A stretch of DNA of 63,599 nt, filler included, from Pelomyxa schiedti (taxonomy: Eukaryota; Protista; Evosea): assembly GCA_020536535.1 (NCBI GenBank). It is 9 parts of 9 records of this genome, joined end to end, with 100 filler letters (N's around TTAATTAATTAA, not from the genome) between each part and the next. Parts side by side here need not be neighbours in the genome. Positions count along the whole stretch, not along the records: positions 13,860 to 42,676 come from JAHLWZ010001015.1; positions 42,777 to 43,856 come from JAHLWZ010002873.1; positions 43,957 to 45,369 come from JAHLWZ010002524.1; 6 more parts are not named here. One strand, 5' to 3'. The notes under the pieces were generated by a model that was not told the DNA's origin, ran no database searches, and saw only the letters and a program-made list of their open reading frames with translations. Of the stretch, positions 31,930 to 45,369 are shown in pieces. The position numbers and the translations under genes were made by a program. How positions within the stretch are numbered: position 1 is the first letter of the stretch; every line of letters starts with the position of its first letter.

Positions 31930-33112
31930 ATGGATGCAAGCACGGCAGATCCAAACAAAGATCTCGTGAGAGGCATAGAGGATGCGGAGGTGTGGCCGGA
32001 TTTGTGTAATTTCTTTGGTAATAATAGCTGTGATAGAGAGTGCATAGAGAGGAAGAGAGGCAACTGCATGAGGCAGAGGAAAAGGTACAAAAACTTACAG
32101 CAGAGATACGACAGAGTGAGTATGAAATGGCCCAGTTCGTATCAATTTTGACTGATTTGGACTGCATAACCCCTGGCTTGGAAACCAGAAAGGTACGCAA
32201 AGTAACCTATACCGAGATTAACGATGTATAAGGAAGAAATAGAATTTGTCTCTCAAAAAAACAGTACCTACCTATAATTGATGTGCAAAGTTTCCACTTT
32301 CGTAGAACTGGCGAGTGTTATACAAGAAAATGCAACCTTGACCAGTTTGGCTATCTCAAGAGAGGAGGAGCTCTGTATTTTTAGGTTCTTATTGTGGGGA
32401 TTTCCTAGAGGTAACATACTAAGGAAGAAAAGCACCAAAATGAGAGTAGTCATAAAACGGCATTTAAATGACATGGAGAAATTTGTTGCCAATACATACC
32501 CAGCAGAAACAATAGCAAAAATGGAAGCAGAGAAGAAAGTTCTCCATGAAGAGAGTAAGACCGGTCTCAAAGTATGTGTACTGATCTACTTTTTTGAAAA
32601 CTAGTTGGGAGAGTTCAAGAGGCACTCGGTCCATACTTGCATGTAAATTGTGAAGAAAAGATAAAAGATACTACATCTCTTTTGAATCAACTCACAGAGC
32701 AGAAGGTTTCTTTCAACAGTACCTCTAAATCTTATATATTGCGCAAGCACTCAGCACACCTGGAACTAAAAGAACTGCGAAGAAGTACTGTGAATATGAC
32801 CGCTTCACTAGAAGCTTTGACAAATACACTAGCAGTACTTCAAGAGGTACAAAATGTAGCGCGCTCTCTTTAATGGCACCAAGGAACTCAACGCTGCACA
32901 AATGCAAAAATCTGTCATGTTCGGCGCTTCTTCTGCTCATCACGGTGAGGGCCACTGACCGAGTGTACAACCGTTTGCTGGACATCATCGAATGCCTACG
33001 CACGTTTCTCAGGCAGTCTCCCTTGATGACCAGTACAAAAACCAACACTCTTCGTGTCATGTTGGAAACAAAGAACGCCCTGATGAACACTTTCGTTGGG
33101 TTTTTTCTATGA
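31930..33112 (+). CDS. Hypothetical coiled-coil protein, multi-exon; 3' end uncertain
   Basis: MDASTADPNKDLVRGIEDAE|RVHREEERQLHEAEEKVQKLTAEIRQ...; short GT-AG introns link the heptad-rich ORFs. Confidence 0.55.
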
Positions 33113-34500
33113 AGACAAAACGGGTTGCGGGGATCAAATCTGTGATGCCCATGCGAGTATGGCAAGGGATAAGAGGTTGCAGGAAAAATACCCCCACGGG
33201 TCCATGTGGCTTTGGGCGAATGTGGCTACGCACTGAACAGAAGCCTCTCGAGTATGAAAATAAAGCATAAATGCACTTGCACCCATGCACAGTGTCGTTA
33301 CCCAGATGAATGGTGAGCAAAAAGTCAATGGGCACAAGCAGAGGGAAACTATTACTTGGTGAGGAAAAAAGCTTCGGAATTGGGGACTTACGGTACTGGA
33401 CAGAAAATAATTCTCAAGTAGTGAGGCGGTGGGGATACACATATATGCCGCCCAAAAGGTACTATCCACAGTAGTCCAACAGCCCCAAGGGAATTCCGTA
33501 CAACTCGCTGCACCTTCTCATCACACTTTCTTGCATCACTGCTTGATATGGAGTTTTGGATGAAAAAATCGATCCACTATAGTAGACATGAATGAAAGTT
33601 TCCGGAAATGTAAGTGGGAGAACCTGGGAATGGAAGATGTAACACCACGAACACAGCACAATATTAACTGGATTCCACCTGATTGTTTAGTTGGTTTCTC
33701 TTATTGTACTGTTGGGTTACCATTTGTCGTGAATAACAGGATTGTAGACCGGGAGATTCAATGGTGCCTTGGGAAATGGGAGCCTTGCCTTCTTTCTGTG
33801 AATCCAGAGGTACTTCTCTTTAGATTTGTTTCTGAATTCTTCTTCGGGCATGACTGCCCAAGCAGTGAGGGTCTTGTACATTTAGTCATTTGAAAGAAAG
33901 GTTTCGAGGAAAGAAACTTGAGTTTGCATCTTCCATTGGATACAGGCATGCTCCCACGCGGTTTTATCCGACAATGAAACAGTTTTGTCAAAGTGATCAA
34001 GGGAATTGCTCACTGCAGTGGAAATTTCTTGTCTGTTTGTGATTGCAATTTTTCACCATTGTCCCTATATTAGAGCAAACCTGATTATAGGCAGCCACAC
34101 ATGGTCATCATTGGAAAGTGCTTTTCGCCAAGTGCGGCAGACTTGACAACAGTCACACCCAGATAGTATCTGGATGCAAAATGAAATCGGCTTGGCCCAT
34201 GGTCCAACACAGCAAAACAATTTTTTACCAGATAGATGAGTGCTGTCTTCATTGCCGCTGCAGTAGTTTGCAAGCTGTCCTCATCCCAGGAGTCCTTTGG
34301 TTTTGGCAATGTTGAGTTAACTTCTCCCAGCAATTGAATTTCCATTCGGAACTTGTCCAAGATTTCGTCCTCTCTAGTTGTTGGGATGACTCCAAGCTGG
34401 TCCAGCAGATAGTGTGGGTCCTGCCGTGAGTTACTGAGTTAGTGATAGTAATGGGAAGCATGCCTTCTTTTGACTTTTCTAAATTGATTGGAGTCAAACA
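33057..34500 (-). pseudogene. Decayed coding sequence of unknown family
   Basis: A protein-like frame continues through in-frame TAG and TGA at about 33462 and 33414; adjoining fragmented ORFs. Confidence 0.3.
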
Positions 34501-34695
34501 GTTCTACCAAGGTTTGTCTGTCATATCTCTTCCTTACAATGTCAACTGGAGTTTCATCAAGTATACTCCTCGCGTTTATATGTGCATTGCCTACCAGAGA
34601 AATTGCTTAAAATGGGGCGAGATTGCTGGCAATCTATCAGTGTTGGACTTACATTCCACAATGAGCTGCCACATCCATTTGACAACTGACACAGT

Positions 34696-34800
34696 TTGCA
34701 TCACAGAGGTCGAGTTTATATTGCCTTTGTCCTGATAAAAGAATACCATGCACAAGTTGATGCAAGAGATAAATATGGGATGACTCCTCTGTATCTCAAT
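34696..34800 (+). pseudogene. Isolated ankyrin-repeat fragment
   Basis: LHHRGRVYIAFVLIKEYHAQVDARDKYGMTPLYL, with no intact gene around it. Confidence 0.45.
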
Positions 34801-35197
34801 TACAAACCATCACTGTTTGGTGTGTGCACACAAGGAGGGTCCATCCTTATTGCTGCCCGCACCATTGCTATATTTTTCAGCACTCTTTTGTCCCACAACA
34901 CTACGGAAGTCGCCATCGAGATCCAACCACCTCAATCAACAGCAACAAACACCGCTGCCATCAACCGACCGTGATTGTGACTGTGAATATGGTTTTAACC
35001 ACATGCGCGGGCGATCTCACCCAACGCCCCGGTGTCATGTCGTTGTTAACAGTTCCCACGCGAGATCTACACATCACGCTGACCTGCCTCAAGTGTTCGT
35101 TCCTTCTCCGGTTACGTGGCGCCCCTCTCACACCCATGCAAGAAAGCAAAATAAAAAAGAGCGGCCATCAGTTCCGTTTTCGTTCATTTTATTTGCC

Positions 35198-36744
35198 ATG
35201 GCTAGTTGTGAGGGCGGTGGTGTCGTGACCAAGTGCGCTGTTGTGAGCACAGTACGGGGTCCGATTCAAGTGGAACGACTCAGGTTGCAACCCCCTCGTG
35301 CTCGTGAGGTCCTGGTGAGAATGCAGGCCGCTGGAGGTTTGTTTTTTCTGTTGCTGTTGTTGTTTTTGTTGTTGTTGTTGTTGCTGTTGTTGTTGATGAT
35401 GTCAAGTGAAAAGAAATTGGCTTCGTCGGTGTATCATATTAACGTTGGTTAGTGTGTCACAGCGATTGGCATTTGGTAACGGGGAGTACTAAACACCCTT
35501 TGCCTGCTGCCCTTGGTCACGAGGGTGCTGGCATTGTTGAGGTAAAAGAACGCCGCATTCGTGAAAACAAATATCTGATATCATATGTGTAGAGTGTTGG
35601 AGAAGGAGTCACCTCGGTCAAAGTAGGCGATGCCATTGCTCTGTCATGGGCACCGTATTGTGGATCCTGCTTTCACTGCATCAGGTGTGGAGCTATCTCC
35701 ACTCTTAGAGGTAATAACTTAAATGCAGGGGCTCTCACTTCCTTTGTTCTACGTATGACGGACCGGTACAACAAAAACCTTACTTTTACATCCGAGTATT
35801 GCAAGTTTACATTCTCTAGATATGGGAAGGAAGAATGATGGACAACACTACCAGGCTTTCTAGGAATGATGGTACCCCTGTGTGCCAATTCTGTGTATGC
35901 AATGTCCCACATTTCAACAACGAATAAACTTTCTTCAGGCACTTGGATGTTTCTCAGAGTTTATTGTTGTTCCGGAACAGTCATGTGTTGTTCTTCCCAA
36001 AACTGTCCCTGCAGCAATCAGGGCTCTGATTGGCTGTGCTGTGACTACTGGTGTTGGTGCTGCAATAAATACCGCTGGTGTTACACCTGGCTCAACGGTT
36101 GCCGTAATTGGTGGTGGAGGTATCATCATTCCCAACTAATACTATTCATTATTAAAAACATTCCTCCTACAAAAGGTGTTGGCCTATCTGTTGTTATGGG
36201 AGCTGTTTTAAGTGGAGCAGCAAAGGTAATCATGATCGACCGGGAACCTTCGAAAGAAGCAATTGCACGCTCTGTTGGGGCAACTCACTTTGTGCAGTTC
36301 ACCTCCCACAATACATCTGATGACAACGACGAGCTGGTCCAGCAAGTGAAGCAGCTTACCGACGGCGGCGAAGGCGTTGACTTTGCATTTGAGGCTGTTG
36401 GATCCCCAACACTTCAGCACTTGTGTGTGTCAATTGCACGAAAGGGAGGAGTTGCAGTTTTGGTTGGTCTAGCCGCAATGGGCACATCATTCCCTCTGTC
36501 TGGGGCTACTCTTACACGGCACCACAAAGTGGTGAGAGGGTGCTATTATGGGGGAGTCACTCCGGCTCGTGACTTTGTGAGGGTGGCTGAATTGTTCCTG
36601 TGCGGAAAGCTGCAATTGCAGAAACTGGTCACTAGGACTTACACACTGGACGAAATCAACCAAGCCTATGAGGACATGCTGGCTGGGAAACTGGCTCGTG
36701 GTGTGATTCTCTTTGATGAACCCCCAAACAAATCCAAGTTATAG
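35198..36744 (+). CDS. Zinc-dependent alcohol dehydrogenase (MDR, class III-like) with C-terminal PTS1 (SKL); about 6 introns
   Basis: G|VCHSDWH, LGHEGAGIVE, YCGSCFHC, LIGCAVTTGVGA, VAVIGGG|GVG, VDFAFEAVG; ends DEPPNKSKL*. Confidence 0.93.
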
Positions 36745-36820
36745 TTCATGAAGAAAAAGGAAATAAAAAAGTCATTCACTTTTTATTGCATCTATCCTCT
36801 ATTCTCATCCTCCTCGCTTG

Positions 36821-38398
36821 TTAAGAGAAGCTCCAGACCTTGACGCTATCAATCTATTTCCCCAGTAAGAAGAAAAAAAGAACAAGACAGTCAAATTCAC
36901 CTGAAGTGCCGCGGTTTCACCAGACCAAGTTGGGTACCAGGCTCCTTTGGCACCGTAAAATCTTTTCCCAGGGTTAGGGGTTTTTGTTCCAGCTATGGGA
37001 AGGGCTTACGAATTGACTGCGTGAGAGTCAGAGTCAACCCAAGGTTTCCCACCAACTCCATCCGGGAAATATCCATTAGTTCCACCACATGCAAGATTGA
37101 AAATCAGATAGAAAGCCTGTGTGCAAGGTTTAGTTGATATTGTAAAAGGAAAAAAGGTCTTGCCTGATCAAATGGAGCATTGTCTGGGCGTCCCTCCCAA
37201 GGGTTGTATGTTCCTTATTAGGTTATTAACGGATAAGTCAACAGCCTGTCGGGGTACCTGCTGGGTATGTGCCGCGAGACCAGAATGATGTATTTACAAG
37301 AACATCAAGAACAACTACAGTTTCGGTGTCAATATAGAACTTCATTTCCTTCTCAGTCCATGTCTAATAGCTCAGTCAGGAAACATGATAGTTGTGGCAA
37401 TAGAACGCACCAATCCAAAGGTGTGGAAAGCCTTAGCGAAGTCGCCAGAGGACAAAGTGTACTCACCGTGTGTGAGTTCATATTGATTGACGCTCCAGTA
37501 GGGTCCCCAATGCATTGTGCTAGCTGTTTATTTGTGTTAGGACACTAAAGGGAGTATGAATACTTACCAACTGTGTTTATTCCTCCAGGGTACCCATTCG
37601 TGTTTCCCCTTGACTCCATAATATCAATTTCGCCTGAAGCGGGCCAATTGCCATACGAGTTGTACCTTCGGACTTTTAACAGTGGGAAGAAGGTAACTAA
37701 ACAAACGTTGGGAGAAGCCATATTGCTGGCCACAACCAATCACCAAGGGGCAGCCTTGCCACAACCTCTACTCGGCCGTACTTAAAGCTAAATCTGGGTG
37801 AAAGTAAATAATAATTCAATTCACATTGTTCGAAGAACGCACGAGTTGACAGTCCTTATTCTAGCACTCTGGATGGGGTTAAGGTAGTTTCCTCCAGCCA
37901 ATGCCGTTCTTTCACAGCCATAAAATGCATTCCCAGTGCACAAATCAGCAGGGCTTGAACCCCATACATCAAGAATGTAACTATTTCCTACAACATTTGC
38001 CTCACCACTAAATGTATCGTTAGCTCCACAACACCAAAACGAACAATAAATAAACTCAGACTCAGTACATTGTATCAGCAGTCAAAGTAGGCTTAAGATA
38101 AAGTATTCCATCCCTCACATAACTGTTCGTTCTATTGTTCACGTAGTACTCGAATTCCTACAACGCACCCTAAGTTTCAAAGACAACAAGCAACCAAACA
38201 AACATCAAAAGGTCGACAATTTCTCGTTGCAACGAGAAACAACAAAAAGCACACCCAATTTCCACCGCCTCCCAACGTGATTTCGTGCTGCCAAACGGAA
38301 AGATCCAACTCAGTAAAGTCATCGGAGAATATCAAAGTCTCGGCTGCATTTGTGCACAGCACACACAACAACAAGATCCCAACAACACCCCACAACAT
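36821..38398 (-). CDS. Secreted GH16 beta-1,3-glucanase / beta-glucan recognition protein; multi-exon
   Basis: Signal peptide; LIFSDDF..LDLSVWQHEITLGGGGNW|EFEYY; WPASGEIDIMESRGN; APFDQ|AFYLIFNLACGGTNGYFPD. Confidence 0.92.
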
Positions 38399-38593
38399 TT
38401 TTCTTCGTGCCCTGGATTGGGGTTGGTTTTGTTTCTTTTTTGCTGTTGTCAACGGTGCTGTGATTTTCGTTTCGCGCTTATGTCGTTTCCGGAAAAAGAA
38501 AGTACGATTTTTCCTGTCAGAAAGCGAAAGAAAACGTTCGTGATGATCATGCGTTAGGGTAGGTTTTTATCTTGTAAAAAATGGGTCTATCTA

Positions 38594-39863
38594 TCAAGAG
38601 TTGTCGTAGCGGAGCCTCTTGCGTCTCTGCTCTGTGGTTTCATCTGCTCGCGCGGCATAGATCATAAGCAAAAGAACTTCGACCACCATGGCGCCTATCA
38701 TTCCAACCAGCCCGAGTGCGAATCCCTGATTGTGGGTTGAGGTTTTTTTTTTTGCGTGTTGGAAAGGTTGTGGTTGTTTTTGCATCTCATTTGGAGTGGG
38801 ATATTATTAGGCACTAGTTATATCTCCCTTAAAATGAAGCGGAGTTTGCGTGGAATGGTTGTAGCATACCGCATTTCGGCCGTACATCTTGTTTCCTAAA
38901 TAGTATCCTATTACAAAGCAAGTACCCATAGCAACAATAATGTTGGCTGCCAGTGAAGTGTTCATGGAACCTTCTCCCAGTCCCTGTCTTTGTGTCGATT
39001 ATTATGTTGTATGGATATGTAAAAGTTACGGTACTTTTAATTACAAAAGGTTCACACGCAATGTGGCGTACCCTTTCATGTGCGGGTGAGTGGAGGAGTG
39101 TTTAACATTTGCGACCATCTTTTGATACTCCAAGTGCTTTAATCGAATCAAGACCTTTTCTTTGTCTTTTGATGGGGGTAATAGCCTCGTGTCAGGTATT
39201 TCCTTACAAATATGTGAAGAAAAACAAGCCAAGGTATCCATACCTGAGTAACTGGAAGTAGTGATACTGTACAGCCTTTTGTCAACTCATGCACCCACAC
39301 AGGACCCTTCCAGACTGCACAAAGCGGTCAACATAGGGGACAATCATAACCAAATCATGAAACAAAACAATAACAGGAGATCGACTCAAACATAAAAACA
39401 CGTAACACCGCAGTGCAAATTCATAAAAAATCCCACAGCGACGCAGCAGCACAAATTCATAATTTTGACTGCCAAGAAAACAACAAGAACCTTTGCATCG
39501 CCTCAAGCACAAAGACAAAGCAACTATGACTTGGTGAGGGACTTGCTCAGCCTCACAGTAATCATTGAAAACAGCCACATCCCCGCTGTTGTCAATGATG
39601 TTCCCGGTCGAGGTGGCATTCTGCCGTGCCGTTTCGTTCGTCGCCGTTGATGTTGCTTTTGCTGCTGCTGAGGAGTCGCTGGCAGCGTCGCCTTTTGTGT
39701 CCTCGGCAGCTGTGCCCGGCGGCGGGGATTGTGGGACGCGGGCGGGTTGTGCAGTTGCGTCCGCGCCGACGTCACCAACACGTTTTGGAGATGCACAGTG
39801 CCTGCAGTGCGCTGCGTGGGCAAGTGCCGACGTCAATGCTGCGTTGCGACCAATCAGCACCAT
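38594..39863 (-). CDS. VMA12: V-ATPase assembly factor Vma12/TMEM199-like; multi-exon
   Basis: LIRLKHLEYQKMVANV; two TM segments NIIVAMGTCFVIGYYLG and GFALGLVGMIGAMVVEVLLLMIY. Confidence 0.7.
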
Positions 39864-40865
39864 TTTCTTTGGAAGATCCACTACAAACAAAAAAATGAAA
39901 TCGTTTTCGACGAGTGTGGAAGTGTCTTGGGTTTCTAGAGCGGGTGGGTGGAAACCACCATCATGGTGGTTTTTTGTTGGCGAGAATCACCAGTTGAAGC
40001 CCCATATGGTTCTTTTGTTTGGGATCCAAAACATCCAAGGGTGTGAGGCATGTGGTTGTCGGAGCTTGTGTAACATGGACAACTAAATTGTTATATTGTC
40101 CTCACTGCGACGTTGTCTCTTGGTTTTCAGTCATTTCTGTTGCTGGTTGTGACAATGCACCTCCAGAGAGACACTGTGCCATCTCAGTGCAGCTTGTTAT
40201 GAGTGACTACAGCATTGCCATGCATTTAATGTCCTCTGTGCCTGCTGCTGGTCCAGAAAAAAAATCCCGACCAGGGCACTTATGGTTTTTTTTTTGCAAA
40301 AAAAATCCTTTCTCCCTTCAGGGCACAGAGACTGCTGAAGGACCAAGCACATTTTCTGGTCCACGCTTTGGGCCAGCTAAGTCCAAAAGAGCAGATTTTT
40401 CCATCCACGACTAAGAACAACACTCTGATTTGGAAAATGCTGTAGGACCGACTGTGACTATCATATCTCTTTGCCTACCCATGCATAATTTGACCGTTGC
40501 CGTTTAGCCTAACGGGGATGAAAAGTGGACGTTTTTTCACTATCGGCATGGATTTTTCTCGCCGTTCCCCCCTATCGGGGAACCCAACTTATCCCAAGTC
40601 GCCAAAAATGTACTCCGGTGATTGGTTTTGTGAGAAGATTTCGCTCTCGATTTGACAATTGTGGGTTTCGTCTTGTTCTCTGAACTCGAGTTTGTCGATC
40701 ATACACTCGATCATACACCTACGACATCAAAGCCGCACCGGTGCGCTGCTGAAGAGTGAACAACCACAACGCCACACAGCCTCCTCGTTGTTGTCGTGTT
40801 GAAACAATTAAAAGTACCGAGTAAAAACCCAGGCATTGCGTCTGATGGGTGTCGGCCGACACCCA

Positions 40866-42390
40866 TTAGCCCAGTTTTACAGTTACCCTTGTTGTTGGGT
40901 GTTTTGTGCGGCAGTTGTTTGTTGTCTGTCGCAATTTTGTTTTGGCCAACAAACCATTTCTCTGTTCGCTGTTGGGTTGGTTGCTCGTGTGGTTCATTAT
41001 TTGCATTATTGCGTCACTATCAATGGCCGGAAATTTCCGCAGCAGGAACCTCCATGTTGGCAGCGTAATGTCTGACTCCCCGGGTCGCGCTGGTACGGCT
41101 TGAAAAAGCTTTGAGAGATTACATTTAGAAAGCTGGCTGCCTGGTATTACTGTGGTAGAAGTTACATACATCTGGAAGTGCGAGGCAGCAATTATCTATC
41201 AGCCATTCACAACAGCCAATCTTGTTCCTCGAGAGCATCTTTGAGAGCACTAAATTCTGGTTCAACTTGATGTGTTCTGCCTGGCAAGTTCCAGATCGGA
41301 CGCCTTGACACAAGCATGGTTGAGGATGGGCAAACCAAGGGGTAAGGAATATTCCTCTATGATCCATTTCAATATCTGCGGGTTTGCAACAAAACTCAAG
41401 TACAAACATGGGGATGGAACAGGCAAGTGAGATTTACCCCACTGCACAGATCAAGTGAACTGTGCCTATTAGTCAGAATTCCGCTGATTACATCTTCCCC
41501 TTGTTTCCTCTCTGCCTGTGTTTGTTTGGAATTGTATTTGTCTTGGTAAAGTACTGCTCGATTGTCTCTGCTGTTTTCCACATCACTTTGTTTGTGAACC
41601 TGGCAGTGAGGAAAACTCCAGCATCTGGATCATCCTTTTTCTCAGTTGGCCCTCGTTTGAAAAGAAGTACCACAAGCTCCAGAGTATTCATATCGCCGGA
41701 GTGTAAAGATGTCAGCACAGCAAGGGTGCACGGAGGGAGCGTCAATCACTCTGCAAATAAATAAATAAAAGCCTAAAATGAAGTCAAGACGAACACAGGA
41801 TTATTGGTTGGTTCCTCAGTGGTTTGATTGTGACACCCTGATACATATTTTCTCCTTCCTGTCTGTACAACACTGAAGGATGTCGGTGAAGCATAAATAA
41901 ATATGTGGTTGCATTTCCGGCTCTGAATGTAATGTATTCTTACAAAGGCGAAATTGAAAAAAGAGGGATACTCAGTAAGTAAGTCCATGAGCAGCTCGCG
42001 TGCAACAGTATCCAGGGACTCATACAAACTAACATGCTCAGTGGCAGCCTTATCTGTCCAACTGTAAGGATGCGATCTTTGTCACTACTTCCTGAAAGAG
42101 GTTAAAATGAAATGTGATAATAGTGCAAACTTACAGTCCAGGCTACAACCACCTCTGTGTCCCCTGGCTTTGTTTGGGGGGGACGCTGGTCGTAGGTAAG
42201 TGCAACGGCTTTCTCAAAGCAGCCATAGCTCCAGCTGAGCGTAAGTGCAGGTGTAATGTCGTGCCGACAGCATGGGCAGATATTGCAAGTACACAGCCCG
42301 ACAACAGGCTCCCCATTTTGGATGCGAGTGAGCAGGTAGGCACCTAAGAAAACATTGGTGTATTCCCACCAAGAGCTGCCCCTCACGGTG
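40866..42390 (-). pseudogene. Fragmented gene with ankyrin-like repeats
   Basis: Frame-shifted pieces such as QILKWIIEEYSLP...NHAC and IGCCEWLIDNCCL resemble the repeat style of 58907-61295. Confidence 0.3.
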
Positions 42391-43956
42391 GAGGGTTGAT
42401 GGGAGTGAGGGGGGAGGGGGGAGAAGGAAGGGGAGGGTACCCCCCCCTACCCCTTCCTCCTCCCCCTCTCCTACTCCCCCACTTGGCTCATGGTACCCCT
42501 TGCTTTGCCATATTTTTTTTCAAAAAAACCCAACGCTTAAAAAGAGGTGTACATCCTGTGCCGAGGTAGATTGGGTTGGGATAGTGACCACCACACTGTG
42601 AGGTGTGCTGGGGTGTTGATGGTTGTTGTTTTACTTGTGTAGTAAGGGAGAAAGAAGCCCGAATACAAACACAAGANNNNNNNNNNNNNNNNNNNNNNNN
42701 NNNNNNNNNNNNNNNNNNNNTTAATTAATTAANNNNNNNNNNNNNNNNNNNNNNNNNNNNNNNNNNNNNNNNNNNNCAGGTCTTTACTTTGATGTTCCAA
42801 ATGATTCCGGTTTGTTTCTCACGATATTCAAATTCTAATTCTGTTTTAGGTTGTAAAAGAGTCCTTTGAGGTTGTCTGCATTGCCGCTTTGCGTAGTACT
42901 ACTCAGTGCTGGGCTTTAAGCTTGCTGCAAACTCCCTGATATCTACTGATTTTCTTTCCGTGTGCTGTGCCTTCCTGATGGATTACACTATCACCACTCT
43001 GACTGCAGCTTTGACTTCTTCCAGTAAGTATGCTGAATTGGGTTGCATTGAATTCTAAGCTGATTACAGGTGTTGAGAGCAAGGCTTCCACTTCTGCAAT
43101 TCTACTTGTGTGCTGCTAATTCTGCCTGAATTAATTAAACAGTGTCTGCGTTGCAGCATTACTGTTGAGCTGTGTGTTTGCTTTTCCCTTTTGAAAAGGA
43201 GTGTATATCAGCTTGCACATCGCAAAGTCTTGAGCTTTGTTCCAGTGATCACTGTGATACCTTGTCCCACTATTCTTGCTTATGGCGGTCCTAATTCCAG
43301 TGCTGAATTGCTCTCAATGCTTGCGTTGCTAGGTTGACGCTGCTTGGCAACTCTGGTATGTCTCACTCCTCATAGCTTGCTTCTAACTCAAGTAGTAAGT
43401 CCGCTTTGAAAACTACCAGAATACTGAGTAATTTCTTGCTGTATTGCTGCCTTCCTGGTGCTTTTGCGTTTCCCACTGAATATTCTGGCTTTATGCTGTG
43501 CCTTTCTTGCGTTGATGCCTATGCTTCCTGCTGACTTGGCATCAGAATTACACCAACTTATTCATGTCGTATTTCCTCCTGTGTTGTGCAAGGTAACACC
43601 ATTCTTGCTTGAAACGCCAAACTAACTTCATCAAAGGATTCTGGTGTCTCCAGATGATATGAATACTGGCACACAGATACTGGTTTGCTGCAAGTATTGC
43701 TGCGCCAGTTGCTCCATAGATAGCAGTGCTAGAGATCAAAGCTCTTTTGGTGCATGAAAGTATGTGGTGTCCTCGCATTCTTTTGCCTGACATAGTCCAA
43801 AGTCATTCATGATCGATTTCTGTATTCCAGTATGAATACTCAGCCGAATTGGGACCNNNNNNNNNNNNNNNNNNNNNNNNNNNNNNNNNNNNNNNNNNNN
43901 TTAATTAATTAANNNNNNNNNNNNNNNNNNNNNNNNNNNNNNNNNNNNNNNNNNNN

Positions 43957-45369
43957 GTCGGTTGTATTTGGCCATCTTCTTGTCGATCTTCTTGCGAAGC
44001 CGGGTGTGTGGAGTCTTGGGCTTGTGGTTCCTGCTTGTCTGTAACACTTTGTTTTTCTCCATTGTGAGTGAAATAGGGCGCTTGGAATCTGAGTCTTCTG
44101 CCTCATCTTCCTCAGTTTTCTTTGGTTCTTTTTCTTTTTTCGGTTTAGCCTCGGCTTCTGATGGTTCCTCGGTTTCAGTTTCTCTTAAGAGATGTTAGGG
44201 CTGCTTGCTGTTAATCAAAAGGAAGCTTTTACTTGGTTTTCTTGGCTTCCTCCTTGACTCGTTTTATTGATTTCATTTTTTTGTCAAGTGGCAGAGGGAT
44301 ATCAACATCAGCTGACCGCTGAGGGGCAGCAGACTAATGAATAAGTTATTCACGGAATCCTAAAAGGAGAACTTACAGTCTGTTCCAAGGCACTAACAGC
44401 ATAACTCATCCCTGCATAATTTTTCTGGGAAGATTCTGCTTTCTGATAATCTACTTCTTCGTCATCTAAATCCTCTATAATATCGTCAAGGTCAAATGCA
44501 GTTGCTCTGACTGGTTTGTTATTTGCTGGAGGAGGAAGTGGTGAAGTGCTGGTTGTTTGTATTTCACTGGGCTCTGCCTTGGGAGGCGGGCTGGTTGGTG
44601 TTGTCTGTGGCTTAGTCACAGTAAATATTGATTTTCCAGTAGAAGGTTTCATTTGTTTGGGAGATGCAAGTGATTTGGTTGTTTTTGGTGTATTGGCGGG
44701 TTTCTTTGTGGGTTTTGGCTCAAATGGTTTTTTCACGACTTTGGAAGTGGTTGTTGTACTTTTAGCGGAATCTGTTGATGCTGGTTCTGTCTTTGTGCTA
44801 GTTTTAGTCGAGGTTGTCGGAGTATGGTTGATGACAATTTTCTTTGTAGATGAGGTTGTTGGTTTTGTGGAAATATCGATGGTTTTGGCAGATTTTTTTG
44901 CCTTCTCCTTAGGTGTTGATGTGGGTTCAGGTTTGACGGAGCTTTTACTTTTTGGGATCTTTTTTTCCTCTGTCATTTCTAGAATGTCATTTTCATCTGA
45001 CATTGCGAACTTGTCAATGCGAGTTCGGAATTTTTCTTCAACAGCCTAATGAAACAATAAGCACAGGGAAGGGTGCCAGAGACAACAAAATAACCTTCAA
45101 CTTATTTAAAGATTCTTTCCCTGCTACCATCTGATCAATGACGGGATGATCCCGGAGGGTGAGGTCTGCCATTTTCAAGGAAAAGAAAAATGACACATTC
45201 ATGCAGTACTGCTTCAGCAAAGCTGGAAATGTTGTTACCTAAGGAGGTAATTTGCGAAGTTTCCCTACCAAATTTGATCTGCATGAACTGCACCCAAGCT
45301 TGGCTTCTAGTTTTCCGAGGGAGTCCATTGGCTCTGTACTTGGGTAAGAGGAAAAAATCTTAGAGGTTA
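43957..45369 (-). CDS. UTP3: Sas10/Utp3 SSU-processome protein, partial at both contig ends
   Basis: LLKQYCMNVSFFFSLKMADLTLRDHPVIDQMV (Sas10/Utp3/C1D domain); start of the C-terminal domain KRPISLTMEK...KTPHTRLRKKIDK. Confidence 0.75.

Noticed and set aside
33400-33470. Possible stop-codon reassignment suggested by in-frame stops here and at 62703
   Set aside because: TAA, TAG and TGA all terminate conserved genes in this window, and conserved genes have no internal stops after splicing.
40234-40330. 9-bp inverted repeat (ctctgtgcc/ggcacagag) as a possible MITE
   Set aside because: Too short to exceed chance; no TSD or convincing second copy.
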